From positions 1 through 60,914 of the forward strand of contig JBBQVZ010000001.1 in assembly GCA_038211015.1 (NCBI GenBank): DNA of 60,914 bases, in the 5' to 3' direction. This DNA is from Actinomycetota bacterium. GTDB taxonomy: Bacteria; Actinomycetota; UBA4738; HRBIN12. The notes beneath the pieces are model-generated. The model was given only the letters and a program-made list of their open reading frames with translations. It was not told the DNA's origin and ran no database searches. The stretch's first letter is position 1; each line of letters begins with the position of its first letter. Positions 46,621 through 56,535 of this stretch are shown piece after piece. Position numbers and translations under genes: made by a program.

Positions 46621-48201
46621 GTGGTACGTTCGGGCTCCGTGGAGCGCCCCACACGATCGTCGACGCTCGCGATCGCGGGCTTCGTGATCGCCGTCGTGGC
46701 CACGGCGCTCGTCGCCTGCGTTCCCAGGTCGCCGCTGCAGCCCATCTTGCCCCCCGGAGTGGAGCCCGGCGGACCGTTCCGCTGGCTCGCGGACCTGCTC
46801 GGCCTCGGCGGCTTGCACGGATCCGCACTGGTCGCGGCGTCCGTTGCGGCCCTGATCGGCTCGGCCGTCGCGTTCGTCTGCGTGGTGCGCGAGGCGTGGC
46901 GTGGGACGATATCGCTTCGGACCGCGGTGATCCTCACCGTGGGGGCGCATGCGGTCGTCATGACGTTGCCGCTGCTCGTCTCGCGCGATGTCTACTCCTA
47001 CATCGCGTACGGGAACATCGCCGGGCTGCATCACGCCAATCCCTACCTGCAGACCCCGATCGACTTCCCGCGGGACGCCGTGACGAGCCTGGTCGGTCCC
47101 GGGTGGATCTCGACGCCGGCCGTCTACGGACCGTTGTTCACCGGGTACGCGTCGGTCGTCGTCAGGCTGGTCGACTCGGTGCACGCACAGGTGGAGCTGT
47201 TCAGGTTGACGGCTCTCTGCGCGAGCCTCGGCACCGTGGCCATGATCGCCGCGACGGCGCGGCTGGCGCGGCCGTCTCGCGCGGCGTTCGCGGTCGCGGC
47301 GTTCGGCATGAACCCGGTCGTGCTGTTCGACGCGGTGGCGGGCGGTCACAACGATCTCCTGGTCGCGTTCGCGGTGGCGGGGGCGCTCGCCTTGCTGATG
47401 GCGCGACGCCAGGCCCTCGCCGTGGTCGCGCTCACGCTGGGCACGCTCGTCAAGGTGGTCGCCGGGCTGCCCTTGTTGTTGTTGGTGGTGTGGTGCGCCG
47501 CACGCGCACCGGCCGGACGCCGCGCCCGGACGTTCGTCACGCACAGCGGACTGGCCGCGGCGATCTGGTTCGTGTTCGCGGCGCCGTTCCTCAACCTGCA
47601 CGACCCGACGCTCGGTTTGTTCGAGCTCGCCGGCCATGAGGGGTGGCTCGCGCCCTCGCGCTTCTTCCGTCGGCTCCTCGACGCGCTCTCCGGCGACACG
47701 CTCGGCGTCGTCGCCCGGATCGCGTTCCCGTCGCTGCTGATCGTGGTCGTCGTCATCCTGACGCACACCGTGTGGCGAGCGGGGCAGCGGATCGAGGACG
47801 AACGCACGGCGACGTTGGCCCTCGGCGCCGCGTGGTGCTGGTCGCTGGTGTTCCTGATGCTCGTCGGTCCGGTCCTGCTGGCCTGGTACGTCGTGTGGGC
47901 GCTGCCGCTGGTGTGGCTGGTGCCCCGGGTTCCACGCCTGGTGCTCGTCGGAACGTCCGTCGCGTTGGGCGTCTCGCAGTGGACCGCGGAGCCCTTCTTG
48001 TTCCGTGAGCCCTATGACACGAACCTGCTCATCGGGCACTACGTGATCACCCCGGTGGTGATCGCGCTATTCGCCCTGCTCGTGCGCGATGGATGGAGAC
48101 GGTGGCGGGGAGGGCTCTCGCTGGAGGACGAGCAGGAGGTACCCGGCCCCGGCGGCCAGGAGCGTGACCGCCGCCGGGCCCCAGCTCCCGGAGAGCGGTA
48201 G
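46621..48201 (+). CDS. polytopic GT-C glycosyltransferase, DUF2029/GT87 (MptB/PimE-like)
   Basis: SRDVYSYIAYG first-loop motif and many TM helices. Start GTG at 46621 or 46639. The 3' tail overlaps the convergent gene. Confidence 0.6.
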   Translation: MVRSGSVERPTRSSTLAIAGFVIAVVATALVACVPRSPLQPILPPGVEPGGPFRWLADLLGLGGLHGSALVAASVAALIGSAVAFVCVVREAWRGTISLRTAVILTVGAHAVVMTLPLLVSRDVYSYIAYGNIAGLHHANPYLQTPIDFPRDAVTSLVGPGWISTPAVYGPLFTGYASVVVRLVDSVHAQVELFRLTALCASLGTVAMIAATARLARPSRAAFAVAAFGMNPVVLFDAVAGGHNDLLVAFAVAGALALLMARRQALAVVALTLGTLVKVVAGLPLLLLVVWCAARAPAGRRARTFVTHSGLAAAIWFVFAAPFLNLHDPTLGLFELAGHEGWLAPSRFFRRLLDALSGDTLGVVARIAFPSLLIVVVVILTHTVWRAGQRIEDERTATLALGAAWCWSLVFLMLVGPVLLAWYVVWALPLVWLVPRVPRLVLVGTSVALGVSQWTAEPFLFREPYDTNLLIGHYVITPVVIALFALLVRDGWRRWRGGLSLEDEQEVPGPGGQERDRRRAPAPGER

Positions 48202-49878
48202 GCCGAGCGGTTCCAGCGCGACGCCGCCGATCGCGAGCGTCGCCACCCCGATCGCCGGAGCCACGGCGATCGCAGCGAGCACGTCGAGGCCCGCCCACCG
48301 CGTCCAGCCGAATCCCACGACGCCGGTGAGCGCCAGGAGGACGAACGCCGCGAGCACGATCTGCGCCGGCGACGACGGCTCGAGTGGATCGCGGCTCGCG
48401 CCCAACGCCGACGGGCCGGGGATCGTCGCGAACACCCCGCGCGCCCAACGGAACAGGTCGGGATCCGACTCGGCCTCCGGCGTGCGGTTGAACGGCTCGA
48501 GGACGAACCCGACCGCCGGGCGCTGCGGATCGTCGGGGATGTCGCCGAGGTAGAGGCGGGACATCGCGTCGTACTCCTCGCTCCCGCGGACCGTCGGCTC
48601 GCCGCTCAGGAAGTTGTGGGGCGTGCCCACATAGACGTACACGTCGTCGGCTCGATCCGGGGGCATCGCGGCCCTGAGCACGTTGGCCGCGCGGGTCGCG
48701 AGGAACGACACGGTCGCGTCCGCGTCGTCCACGATGAACACGAGCGGGATGTCCGGTCCGAGCGTGTCCGCGATCCGGGCCGCGGTGGTCGCGCGCTCGA
48801 CCTCGAGCGGGGAGATGAACGGCTCCTGGCGGCTCCACGAGATGAGCGCTCCCGCCGCCATCAGGCCGACGAGCGCCGCGGCGACGAGCGTCGCGAGCCA
48901 CACCCGGCGCGCCAGCCAGAGCCAGACGGCGACGACTCCCACGCCCGCGAGCGCAGGGATCGAGAACCCGAACGTGATCAACCGGTCGGCGGGGAACCAG
49001 CCGGTGAGCAGCCCGACCGGTGCGCCGATCACGACCAACGCCGTCCATGCCGCCAGCACACGCCGGGCGAAACCGCTCGTCCGCATCAGCCCGAGCGCCG
49101 ACAGCGGAAGCGCGAGCCATTGCACGTATCGCGTCCAGCGGTGCAGCGTTCGCTCGAGATAGGCGTGCCGGACGGCGTCGGTCAGGCCCGCCCGCCGGAG
49201 GAAGCCGTCCTTCGATGTGTCCACCGCGAGCCGGGCCGGACCCAGAGCCATGGCGAGCAGGCCGCCCGCCACGACGACACCTCCCCCCACGGACGCGAGC
49301 GCCACCCGTCCCGCATCGCTGTCCCAGCCTCGCTCGCGCCGCGCGAGCGACCAGGCCGCGACCCCCGCCAGCACCAGGGCACCGATCAGGAAGAAGAGCG
49401 GATGCGCGAGGCCGCCGCCGCCCAAGGCGATCGCGGCCGCCGCAACGCCCCGTCGTGTGCCGAGAGCCAGGCAGACGGCGGCCGCGACGAACGGAGCGGC
49501 GAACGCGAGGTTCGCGAGGTATCCCGCGGCCAGGTGCACGGTGAACGACCCGGCGAGCAGTCCGGCCAGGACCCACGCCGCCCGCGCGCCGCGACGTTCG
49601 CCGGCCATGACGCCCGCGGCGCGGACCAGCATCGCGGTTCCTGCGCCGATCGCCGCACCGAACGCGGCCTCGAGACCGGCGGTCACGGCCGCGACGGGCA
49701 GGTGCGCCGCTCCGGTCAGGACGGCGAGCAGCGCCGGACTCCCCGGCCGCTCACCCACGAGCGAGAGGCCCTTCGACGCGGCCACCCGCGTCCACCACAG
49801 GTAGACCGGGATGTCGGGGCCCACGCCGAACCGGAATCCGTTCCGGATGAACGGGGTGAGCAGCACGCCGAGGATCAC
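48067..49878 (-). CDS. polytopic membrane protein of unknown function with an about 170-aa soluble domain
   Basis: 603-aa GC3-rich ORF. About 10 TM helices, a hydrophilic domain (..PLVFIVDDADATVSF..), then 2-3 C-terminal TM helices. Confidence 0.6.
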   Translation of the reverse strand: MILGVLLTPFIRNGFRFGVGPDIPVYLWWTRVAASKGLSLVGERPGSPALLAVLTGAAHLPVAAVTAGLEAAFGAAIGAGTAMLVRAAGVMAGERRGARAAWVLAGLLAGSFTVHLAAGYLANLAFAAPFVAAAVCLALGTRRGVAAAAIALGGGGLAHPLFFLIGALVLAGVAAWSLARRERGWDSDAGRVALASVGGGVVVAGGLLAMALGPARLAVDTSKDGFLRRAGLTDAVRHAYLERTLHRWTRYVQWLALPLSALGLMRTSGFARRVLAAWTALVVIGAPVGLLTGWFPADRLITFGFSIPALAGVGVVAVWLWLARRVWLATLVAAALVGLMAAGALISWSRQEPFISPLEVERATTAARIADTLGPDIPLVFIVDDADATVSFLATRAANVLRAAMPPDRADDVYVYVGTPHNFLSGEPTVRGSEEYDAMSRLYLGDIPDDPQRPAVGFVLEPFNRTPEAESDPDLFRWARGVFATIPGPSALGASRDPLEPSSPAQIVLAAFVLLALTGVVGFGWTRWAGLDVLAAIAVAPAIGVATLAIGGVALEPLGLPLSGSWGPAAVTLLAAGAGYLLLVLQREPSPPPSPSIAHEQGE

Positions 49879-49944
49879 GAGCGATAGCCCCGCGAGCCAC
49901 GCGAGGTCACCGCCGGTACGCGACCTGCCGCTCTCGTCCGTCGG

Positions 49945-50540
49945 TCACTCCGAGGCGGCGAACGTGCCCTGGGCGTCCACGACGACCGTGCCGCTCACGT
50001 CGGTCACACCGACGCACGAGAACGTCCCGTCGAACGCCGTCGCTTCCGCCGTCGTCACCGTCACTTCGCACCCGCCGTCGTCCAACGAGAACGACGCGGT
50101 GCCAGACGCCGAGTGGACGGAGAAGGTGAGATGGAGCGCATCCGACGTCGGCCGGGTGCCGACGAAGGTCGTTCCCCGAGGGCGAATCCCGCGGCGGCCG
50201 TCGCCCAGGCGAGGAGGAACGTCCCGGGTGGAGGCGCGTAGATCGTGGCGCCTGTCAGGGGGAGTGCGGGCTGCGTCGTCTGCAACGCTCCGGAGACACT
50301 GATGCTCGCGTTCCCGACGCTCACGTGCCCGGCGGACGTCGTCGGCAACGGTCCGCTCCCGCCGGTGATCGTGGTTCCAGTCGCTCCCGTCGCGGGCGTC
50401 GGCGACGTGGCGGCCGGAGGGGCGTTGCCGGTCGGCGACGCCTCCGGAGGCGGTCCGAGCGAGTCGACGTCACGACCGTCGCCGCATGCGGCGAGCACGA
50501 CGAGCGCCGACGTCGTCACGATCATGAAGTTCCGGCGCAC
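49945..50540 (-). pseudogene. lipoprotein gene interrupted by a 1-nt frameshift in a homopolymer
   Basis: Lipobox LAAC. Frame A is GC3-rich down to ..AAAGFALG, then becomes GC3-poor. Shifting one base at CCCC (50174-50177) gives GC3-rich GTTFVGTRPTSDALHLTFSV..DAQGTFAASE-stop (49945-47). Confidence 0.6.
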
Positions 50541-50635
50541 GCACGCTCCTTTCGCGATGGCTGACTGTAACCCAGCGTCCGGCGGCGTCGGCCACGGGAC
50601 TGGCTTTGCCGGACGGCGTTGTAGCCTGACGTTCC

Positions 50636-52021
50636 ATGCTCGACCGAGAGCTCGTCGAAGAGGTCCTGCGCCAAGCGCGTCGTCGCGGCGGTTCGTTCGC
50701 CGAGCTGTTCGTAGAGGAGAAGACGTCCACGTCGATCCGTTTGGACGACGGCAAGGTCGAGGAGCTCACCACGGGCCTTGACCGCGGCGCCGGCGTCCGC
50801 GTGTGCGTGGGCACGTCGTACGGCTACGCGTACTCCAACCGGCTGGATCGCGATGCGTTGCTGGCCGCGGCCGACGCCGCGAGCGCCGCGCTCCGCGAGG
50901 GTGATCCCGGCGCCGTGGTGGACCTCCGCGTGATCGTCGCTTCGGCGGTGAACCCCGTCGATCGTCCCGCCGAGTCGTTGCCCGCCGCCGACAAGGTGGC
51001 CTGGCTCCGGGAGGTCGACGACGCGGCGCGCTCGTTCAGCCCGGAGGTGAAGCAGGTCGTCGGCGTCTACGGCGATTCGCTCCAGCGCGTGTTGATCGCG
51101 ACGTCCGACGGCCTGTGGGTCGAGGAGTCGCGCCCCCGCATCCGTCTGGTGGCGCAGGTGGTCGCGGCGCGGAACGGGAACATCCAAACCGGCTTCCACG
51201 GGCCGGCGGCCTGCAGTGGCGTCGAGTTCGTGGACCGTCACTCGCCGAACACGACGGCCGAGGTCGCCGCGAAGCGCGCCGTCACGATGCTCGACTCGAT
51301 CCCCGCGCCTGCCGGGGAGATGACCGTCGTGCTCGCCCCCGGCATGGGGGGTGTGCTGTTCCACGAAGCCGTCGGTCACCCCCTCGAGTCAGACGCGATC
51401 GACAAGGAGGCGAGCGTCTACCGAGGGTTGATCGGCCAGCGGTGTGCGTCCGAGCTGATCGACGGCGTGGACGACGCCACCATCCCGAACGGCTGGGGAT
51501 CGTACGCGTTCGACGACGAGGCCACGCCGTCGCAACGCACGTCGCTGTTCGAGAAGGGCGTGCTGCAAGGGCTGCTCTACGACCGGATGCACGCCGACAA
51601 GGACGGCCAGCCGCCGACGGGCAACGGTCGTCGGCAGTCGTACGCGTCGCCGCCGATCCCGCGCATGACCAACACGAACATCCTGAACGGGGCGTCGAAT
51701 GCCGAGGAGATCCTGTCGTCCACCGCGAACGGCGTCTATGTCACATCCCTCGGCGGCGGCCAGACGAACCCCGCCACCGGCGACTTCGTGTTCGGCGTGG
51801 CCGAAGGCTTCCTGATCGAGGAAGGGGAGGTCACGACGCCGGTCCGGGGCGCGAACCTCATCGGCCGGGCGATCGAGGTCATGAGCGCGGTCGACGCCGT
51901 GGCCGACGACTTCGACACGTGGGAGGGAGTCTGCGGAAAGGACGGCCAGGCAGCGCCCGTCGGGAGCGGCTCGCCGACCCTCCGCATCTCGCGGCTCACG
52001 GTCGGAGGCACCGGTGCCTGA
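50636..52021 (+). CDS. tldD: TldD-family metalloprotease
   Basis: FAELF.E, HEAVGH zinc motif. 461 aa. Confidence 0.9.
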   Translation: MLDRELVEEVLRQARRRGGSFAELFVEEKTSTSIRLDDGKVEELTTGLDRGAGVRVCVGTSYGYAYSNRLDRDALLAAADAASAALREGDPGAVVDLRVIVASAVNPVDRPAESLPAADKVAWLREVDDAARSFSPEVKQVVGVYGDSLQRVLIATSDGLWVEESRPRIRLVAQVVAARNGNIQTGFHGPAACSGVEFVDRHSPNTTAEVAAKRAVTMLDSIPAPAGEMTVVLAPGMGGVLFHEAVGHPLESDAIDKEASVYRGLIGQRCASELIDGVDDATIPNGWGSYAFDDEATPSQRTSLFEKGVLQGLLYDRMHADKDGQPPTGNGRRQSYASPPIPRMTNTNILNGASNAEEILSSTANGVYVTSLGGGQTNPATGDFVFGVAEGFLIEEGEVTTPVRGANLIGRAIEVMSAVDAVADDFDTWEGVCGKDGQAAPVGSGSPTLRISRLTVGGTGA

Positions 52022-53357
52022 TCTGCACGAACTCTGCGCCGCCGCGGTCGACGCCGCGACCGGCGACGAGGCCGTCGAGGCGTACGCCGAGGAGTCACGC
52101 CACACGGAGGCGAGCGCGTTACGAGGGGAGATCGAGGGGCTGACGTTCGCGGAGTCGCGCGGCGTGGGCGTTCGGTTGATCGCCGGTGGACGGCTGGGCT
52201 ACGCGTACGCGGCCGATCCCACGGCCGACGAGGTGCGCGAGGCGGTCCGCCGCGCTCGTGAGAACGCCGCGCTGGCCGAGCCCGACGAGTTCAACCTGCT
52301 GCCGTCGTTCGTCTCCGCCGACCCGATCCCGGCTCTGTATCGGGAGGACCAAGCGGACATCCCGACGGATCGCAAGGTCGCGCTGGCGCTCGATCTGGAG
52401 CGTCGGGCGATCTCGATCGACCCACGCGTCACCAAGATCGACGCGGCCCAGATCGGCGACGCCGTCTCGCGCGTGGCGATCGCGTCGACGGCTGGCGTGC
52501 ACGCGGAGTACGCGCGGACCGACGCCTGGTGCGTGGCGGTCTCCCTCGCGGTGGAGGGCGACGAGACGCAGACGGGCTACTCGTTCACGATCGGCCGAGG
52601 CATCGACGAGCTGGGCTGGGAGGCGATCGCCGACGAGGCCGTCCAGCGTGCCGTGCGCATGTTGGGCGCCACGAAGCCGCCGAGCGCGAAGGTCCCGATC
52701 GTCCTGGACCAGTTCGCGGCGATGTCGTTCCTGGGCGTGCTGGCAGGCGCGCTCTCAGCCGAGGCCGTGCTGAAGCAGCGCTCGTTGTTTGCCACGATGG
52801 TCGGACAACAGGTGGGCTCCGAGCTGTTCACGCTCGTCGACGACGGCACGATCACGATCGGGCCCGCCGCCTCGCCGTTCGACGACGAGGGCGTGCCCAC
52901 CGGCCGGACGGAGCTCTTCACGCGAGGCACGCTGAACGGCTTTCTGCACAATACGTACACGGCGGCGCGCACCGGCGGAGGTACTGCTTCGACGGGCAAC
53001 GGGAAGCGCGGCGGATACAAGAGCACGCCTGGGGTGGGAACCTCGAACTTCTACCTGGACGCGGGCGAGCTGTCGTTCGACGAGCTGCTCGTTCGCGCGG
53101 AGGGTGGCGTGCTGATCCAGGACGTCAGCGGCGTGCACTCCGGCGCGAACCCGATCAGCGGTGAGTTCTCGGTGGGCGCCACGGGCCTGCGGATCTCCGG
53201 CGGCGCGCTGGGCGAGCCGCTGCGCGAGATGACCGTGGCCTCGACGCTGACCGACATGCTCGCGGGCATCACCGGCGTCGGGAGCGACCTCCGGTTCTTC
53301 TCGTCGGTCGGCACGCCGTCGATCCTGATCGGCGAGATGACGCTCGCGGGCGTGTAG
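52014..53357 (+). CDS. pmbA: PmbA/TldE-family protein
   Basis: Paralogous fold without the HExxxH motif. GGAGG lies 5 nt before the GTG at 52014. 8-nt overlap with tldD. Confidence 0.85.
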   Translation: MPDLHELCAAAVDAATGDEAVEAYAEESRHTEASALRGEIEGLTFAESRGVGVRLIAGGRLGYAYAADPTADEVREAVRRARENAALAEPDEFNLLPSFVSADPIPALYREDQADIPTDRKVALALDLERRAISIDPRVTKIDAAQIGDAVSRVAIASTAGVHAEYARTDAWCVAVSLAVEGDETQTGYSFTIGRGIDELGWEAIADEAVQRAVRMLGATKPPSAKVPIVLDQFAAMSFLGVLAGALSAEAVLKQRSLFATMVGQQVGSELFTLVDDGTITIGPAASPFDDEGVPTGRTELFTRGTLNGFLHNTYTAARTGGGTASTGNGKRGGYKSTPGVGTSNFYLDAGELSFDELLVRAEGGVLIQDVSGVHSGANPISGEFSVGATGLRISGGALGEPLREMTVASTLTDMLAGITGVGSDLRFFSSVGTPSILIGEMTLAGV

Positions 53358-53367
53358 GGCCTCATCG

Positions 53368-53874
53368 TTGGACGACGTTCTGATCGTCAGGGCCGGCGCC
53401 GAACGGCTGGACGAGCTCGAACCCCTCTGGAAGTCCCTGCAGGAGCACCATCGATCCGTCGACCCCGGAGTGCCGGGGATCCCGCCGCGCAGCGCGGACG
53501 ATTCGTGGCCGCGCCGCCGCGTGAAGTACGTGGAGTGGCTGCTGCATCCGGATGCGTTCGTCCTGCTCGCCGAAGGCAGCTCTGGCCCGGTCGGATACGC
53601 GCTCGTGAGCATCCATGAGCCGGCGGACGACACGCACGTGACCGGCGAACGCTGGGCCGAGCTCCAGTCGTTGTCGATCGAGCCATCGAGGCGACGAACC
53701 GGACTCGGGACCCGGCTGATGGAGCGGATCTACGAGGAGCTTCGAGCGATGAAGGTCGAGGAGCTCGCGATCGGAGTGATCGCCACCAACCTGGGCGCGA
53801 TGCGGTTCTACGAGCGGCAGGGGTTCCACCCGTGGGTGGTCACGACGCTGGGGAAGGTCCCGGGGTCCGAGTAG
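53368..53874 (+). CDS. GNAT-family N-acetyltransferase
   Basis: Motif A ..IEPSRRRTGLGTRLM.. and ..AMRFYERQGF. TTG start. Confidence 0.8.
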   Translation: MDDVLIVRAGAERLDELEPLWKSLQEHHRSVDPGVPGIPPRSADDSWPRRRVKYVEWLLHPDAFVLLAEGSSGPVGYALVSIHEPADDTHVTGERWAELQSLSIEPSRRRTGLGTRLMERIYEELRAMKVEELAIGVIATNLGAMRFYERQGFHPWVVTTLGKVPGSE

Positions 53875-53885
53875 TCCGTCGCGGA

Positions 53886-54725
53886 CTAGATGGTCGCCGA
53901 ACGGGCTCCCGTCGCGATCAGGACCAGCACCAGCGCCGCGGCGGCCAGACGGTAGTACATGAAGGCCTTGAAGCTGTGGCGGCGCAGATATCCGAGCAGT
54001 GCCCAGATCACGACGAACCCGCTCACCGCCGAGGACACGAAGCCCCAGAAGAACTCGGTCGCATAACCCTGGAAGCCCGTCTGGAGCAGGTCGACGCTCT
54101 TGAACAACCCGGCCCCCGCGATGATCGGGATGGCGAGCAGGAACGAGAACCGCGCGGCCGACTCGCGATCCAGGCCGATCCACCTGGCGGCGGTCATGGT
54201 GATGCCCGAGCGGGAGACTCCGGGCTGCAACGCCAGCGCCTGCGCGACGCCCAGGCCGATCCCCGTCTTGACGCCGATCGAGTCGATCCCTCGATCGCTG
54301 GGCGAGCGGGCGTCGACCCACCAGAGCACCACCCCGAAGACCGCGAGCATCACCGCGATCAGCCATGGCTCGCCCAGATGCTCCTGGATGGTGTCCTCGA
54401 AGACGGCCCCGGCCGCCGCGCCGGGGATCGTGCCGAGCACGAGGGCCCACGCCAGCCGCTCATCCGTCGTCGCGATGGCCCTGGCTCGGATCGAGTGGAT
54501 CCACGCGGCCAGATAGCGCCAGATGTCGCGGCGGAAATACGCGACGGCGCCGACGAGCGTTCCCACGTGCAGCGCCACGTCGAACGTCTTGTTCAGCGCG
54601 ACGTCGTTCACGATGGACCAGCCGAACAGCCATGGAACCAGGATCAGGTGGCCGGAGCTGGAGATGGGCGCGAACTCGGTCACACCTTGCGTCAGGCCGA
54701 GCACGATCGCCTGCAGGACGGTCAA
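53886..54725 (-). CDS. uppP: undecaprenyl-diphosphate phosphatase
   Basis: GLTQGVTEFAPISSSGHL and PGVSRSG motifs. TTG start with GGAGAGGA RBS. Confidence 0.9.
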   Translation of the reverse strand: MTVLQAIVLGLTQGVTEFAPISSSGHLILVPWLFGWSIVNDVALNKTFDVALHVGTLVGAVAYFRRDIWRYLAAWIHSIRARAIATTDERLAWALVLGTIPGAAAGAVFEDTIQEHLGEPWLIAVMLAVFGVVLWWVDARSPSDRGIDSIGVKTGIGLGVAQALALQPGVSRSGITMTAARWIGLDRESAARFSFLLAIPIIAGAGLFKSVDLLQTGFQGYATEFFWGFVSSAVSGFVVIWALLGYLRRHSFKAFMYYRLAAAALVLVLIATGARSATI

Positions 54726-54809
54726 GGGAAGGTCCTCTCCGGTGGAAGGTCCGCGCCATGCTAACGGGGGACCCGGTTCGACACGTGGAGGCGATGTGTT
54801 GTTCTGGTT

Positions 54810-55487
54810 CTACGCGGTCGGCGACGTCTCCGGACCGAGGATGGCGATCAGGAGCTGGCCGAACGCGCGCGCGTACGCCAGACGCGTGGCCGAGTCGCCG
54901 TCGACGACGAGCACCAGGGAGACGCCCGCGTCCCCCGACGTCGTCCCGCCGATCCCACCTCCGCCCGATGTGCCTTCGGTGAGGATCCGCACGACCTCGA
55001 GGCTGGTCGCGACGAGCTCGGTGTGCGGCCTTCCGCCGCCGTACGTCGCGTACACCTCCACCCGGTCGCCCGCGTGGATCGTGCCCGGTGGCACGCCGCT
55101 CGGGACGACCACGGCGCGGAGGCCCTCCGGGACGAGCGCCGCCACCGGTCCGATCCGGGGTTCCGCCAGCCTCGAGCGGGTGAGCATCTCGCCCTCGTCG
55201 ATGTCTGCCGTGAGGACGCGCCCGACGATCGCCCCCGCGTCAACTATGGCGCCGGGCGGGGCGAACTCATCGGGCACGGATGACGTCTGGAGCATCTCAT
55301 CGGTGAGGAGCGTCCCACGTGCGAGATCGGTGGTGGCCGTCACGGTGGCGACCGGCGATCCCACCTCGGGGTGCACCGCCTCCACCCGCTCCTGATAGCC
55401 GCGGACCATCAAGAACGCGAGCGCGCCGAGCAGGACGGCGAACGCGACCAGCACCTTCGAGGCGATCGGCCAGCGGCGACGGAGCAT
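54810..55487 (-). CDS. SAF-domain / CpaB-like membrane-anchored protein
   Basis: N-terminal TM helix, SAF-like segment (..ARGTLLTDEML..), RcpC-like C-terminus. Confidence 0.65.
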   Translation of the reverse strand: MLRRRWPIASKVLVAFAVLLGALAFLMVRGYQERVEAVHPEVGSPVATVTATTDLARGTLLTDEMLQTSSVPDEFAPPGAIVDAGAIVGRVLTADIDEGEMLTRSRLAEPRIGPVAALVPEGLRAVVVPSGVPPGTIHAGDRVEVYATYGGGRPHTELVATSLEVVRILTEGTSGGGGIGGTTSGDAGVSLVLVVDGDSATRLAYARAFGQLLIAILGPETSPTA

Positions 55488-55558
55488 GGCCGCAACGTTC
55501 GCACGGCCTTCCGTTCCCTGCCGTGACCCGCGTCACGCCGCCGGAGCGATGCGAACGG

Positions 55559-55741
55559 TCACTCGACCGGGCGCGGGCCCTTCCTCTGTGACAGAGGTAG
55601 GGTCCGCACGCGGAACTCCTCGAGCGCCTCCCGGCCGACGATCAATCGCACGGACTCCTCGATCCGCTCGCCGAGCGCGCGGGCGTCGTCCTCCGTCTTG
55701 AACGTCAGCTCGATGCGAACGAGCACCTTCTCGCCGGTCAT
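55559..55741 (-). CDS. small hypothetical protein (60 aa), translationally coupled to mtnP
   Basis: The ATG at 55741 overlaps the mtnP stop (ATGA). MTGEKVLVRIELTFKTEDDARALGERIEESVRLIVGREALEEF.. GC3-rich. Confidence 0.5.
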   Translation of the reverse strand: MTGEKVLVRIELTFKTEDDARALGERIEESVRLIVGREALEEFRVRTLPLSQRKGPRPVE

Positions 55742-56535
55742 GAGACCTCGAACCTGGCACCGGTCAGCGCCGTCGCGCACGGGCAGTCGCGTTCGACCGG
55801 CAGCGCGGGGATCACGGCGAAGAGCAGGTCGCGGAGCCGCTCGTTGTTCTCGGTGAAGACGCGCACGACCTCCTCGTGCGTTACCGGCGGCACGCCCTCG
55901 ACGCCCACGTCGTAGTCCGTGATCAGCGAGATGTTCGCGTAGCACAGCTCCAACTCGCGCGCGAGCACCGCCTCGGGGTACTGCGTCATGTTGATGACCT
56001 CCCATCCGGCCGACGCGAACCACGCCGATTCCGCGCGCGTCGAGAACCGCGGGCCCTCGATCACCACGACGGTGCCGCGATCGTGCAGCGGGATGTCCAG
56101 CTCGTGTCCGCAGGCGATGGCGACGTCGCGCGTCGTCGGGCAGTACGGGTCCGCGAACGAGATGTGCGTGGTCTCCGGACCGTCGTAGAACGTGTTCGGC
56201 CGGTCGTTCGTGCGATCCACCAACTGGTCGCAGATCACGAAGTCGCCGGGCTTCACCGTCGGCTGCAGCGAGCCGCACGCGTTCGGCCCGAGCACGCGCG
56301 TCACACCCAGCTCCTTCATCGCCCACACGTTCGCCCGGTACGGCACTCGATGGGGCGGGAACTCGTGCTTCACGCCATGCCGAGGGATGAACGCGACCCG
56401 ACGGCCTCCGACATCTCCGACCACGGGTGGAGCCGAGGGCTTGCCGTACGGCGTGTCGACGTCGACGGTCTCGGTCGACTCCAGGAACGAGTAGAAGCCC
56501 GACCCGCCGAAGACGCCGACCTCCGCCGTCGTCAA
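55738..56535 (-). CDS. mtnP: S-methyl-5'-thioadenosine phosphorylase
   Basis: GGSG, IPRHG, RANVWA, GPRFST and NMT motifs. TTG start overlapping the upstream stop (TTGA). Confidence 0.9.
   Translation of the reverse strand: MTTAEVGVFGGSGFYSFLESTETVDVDTPYGKPSAPPVVGDVGGRRVAFIPRHGVKHEFPPHRVPYRANVWAMKELGVTRVLGPNACGSLQPTVKPGDFVICDQLVDRTNDRPNTFYDGPETTHISFADPYCPTTRDVAIACGHELDIPLHDRGTVVVIEGPRFSTRAESAWFASAGWEVINMTQYPEAVLARELELCYANISLITDYDVGVEGVPPVTHEEVVRVFTENNERLRDLLFAVIPALPVERDCPCATALTGARFEVS

Noticed and set aside
54810-55487. CpaB-like gene as a marker of a Tad/Flp pilus locus.
   Set aside because: No CpaA/C/E/F, TadB/C or pilin genes are in the window. A SAF-domain protein near the FmdB-galU-moeA block appears to be ordinary actinobacterial synteny, judging from memory.
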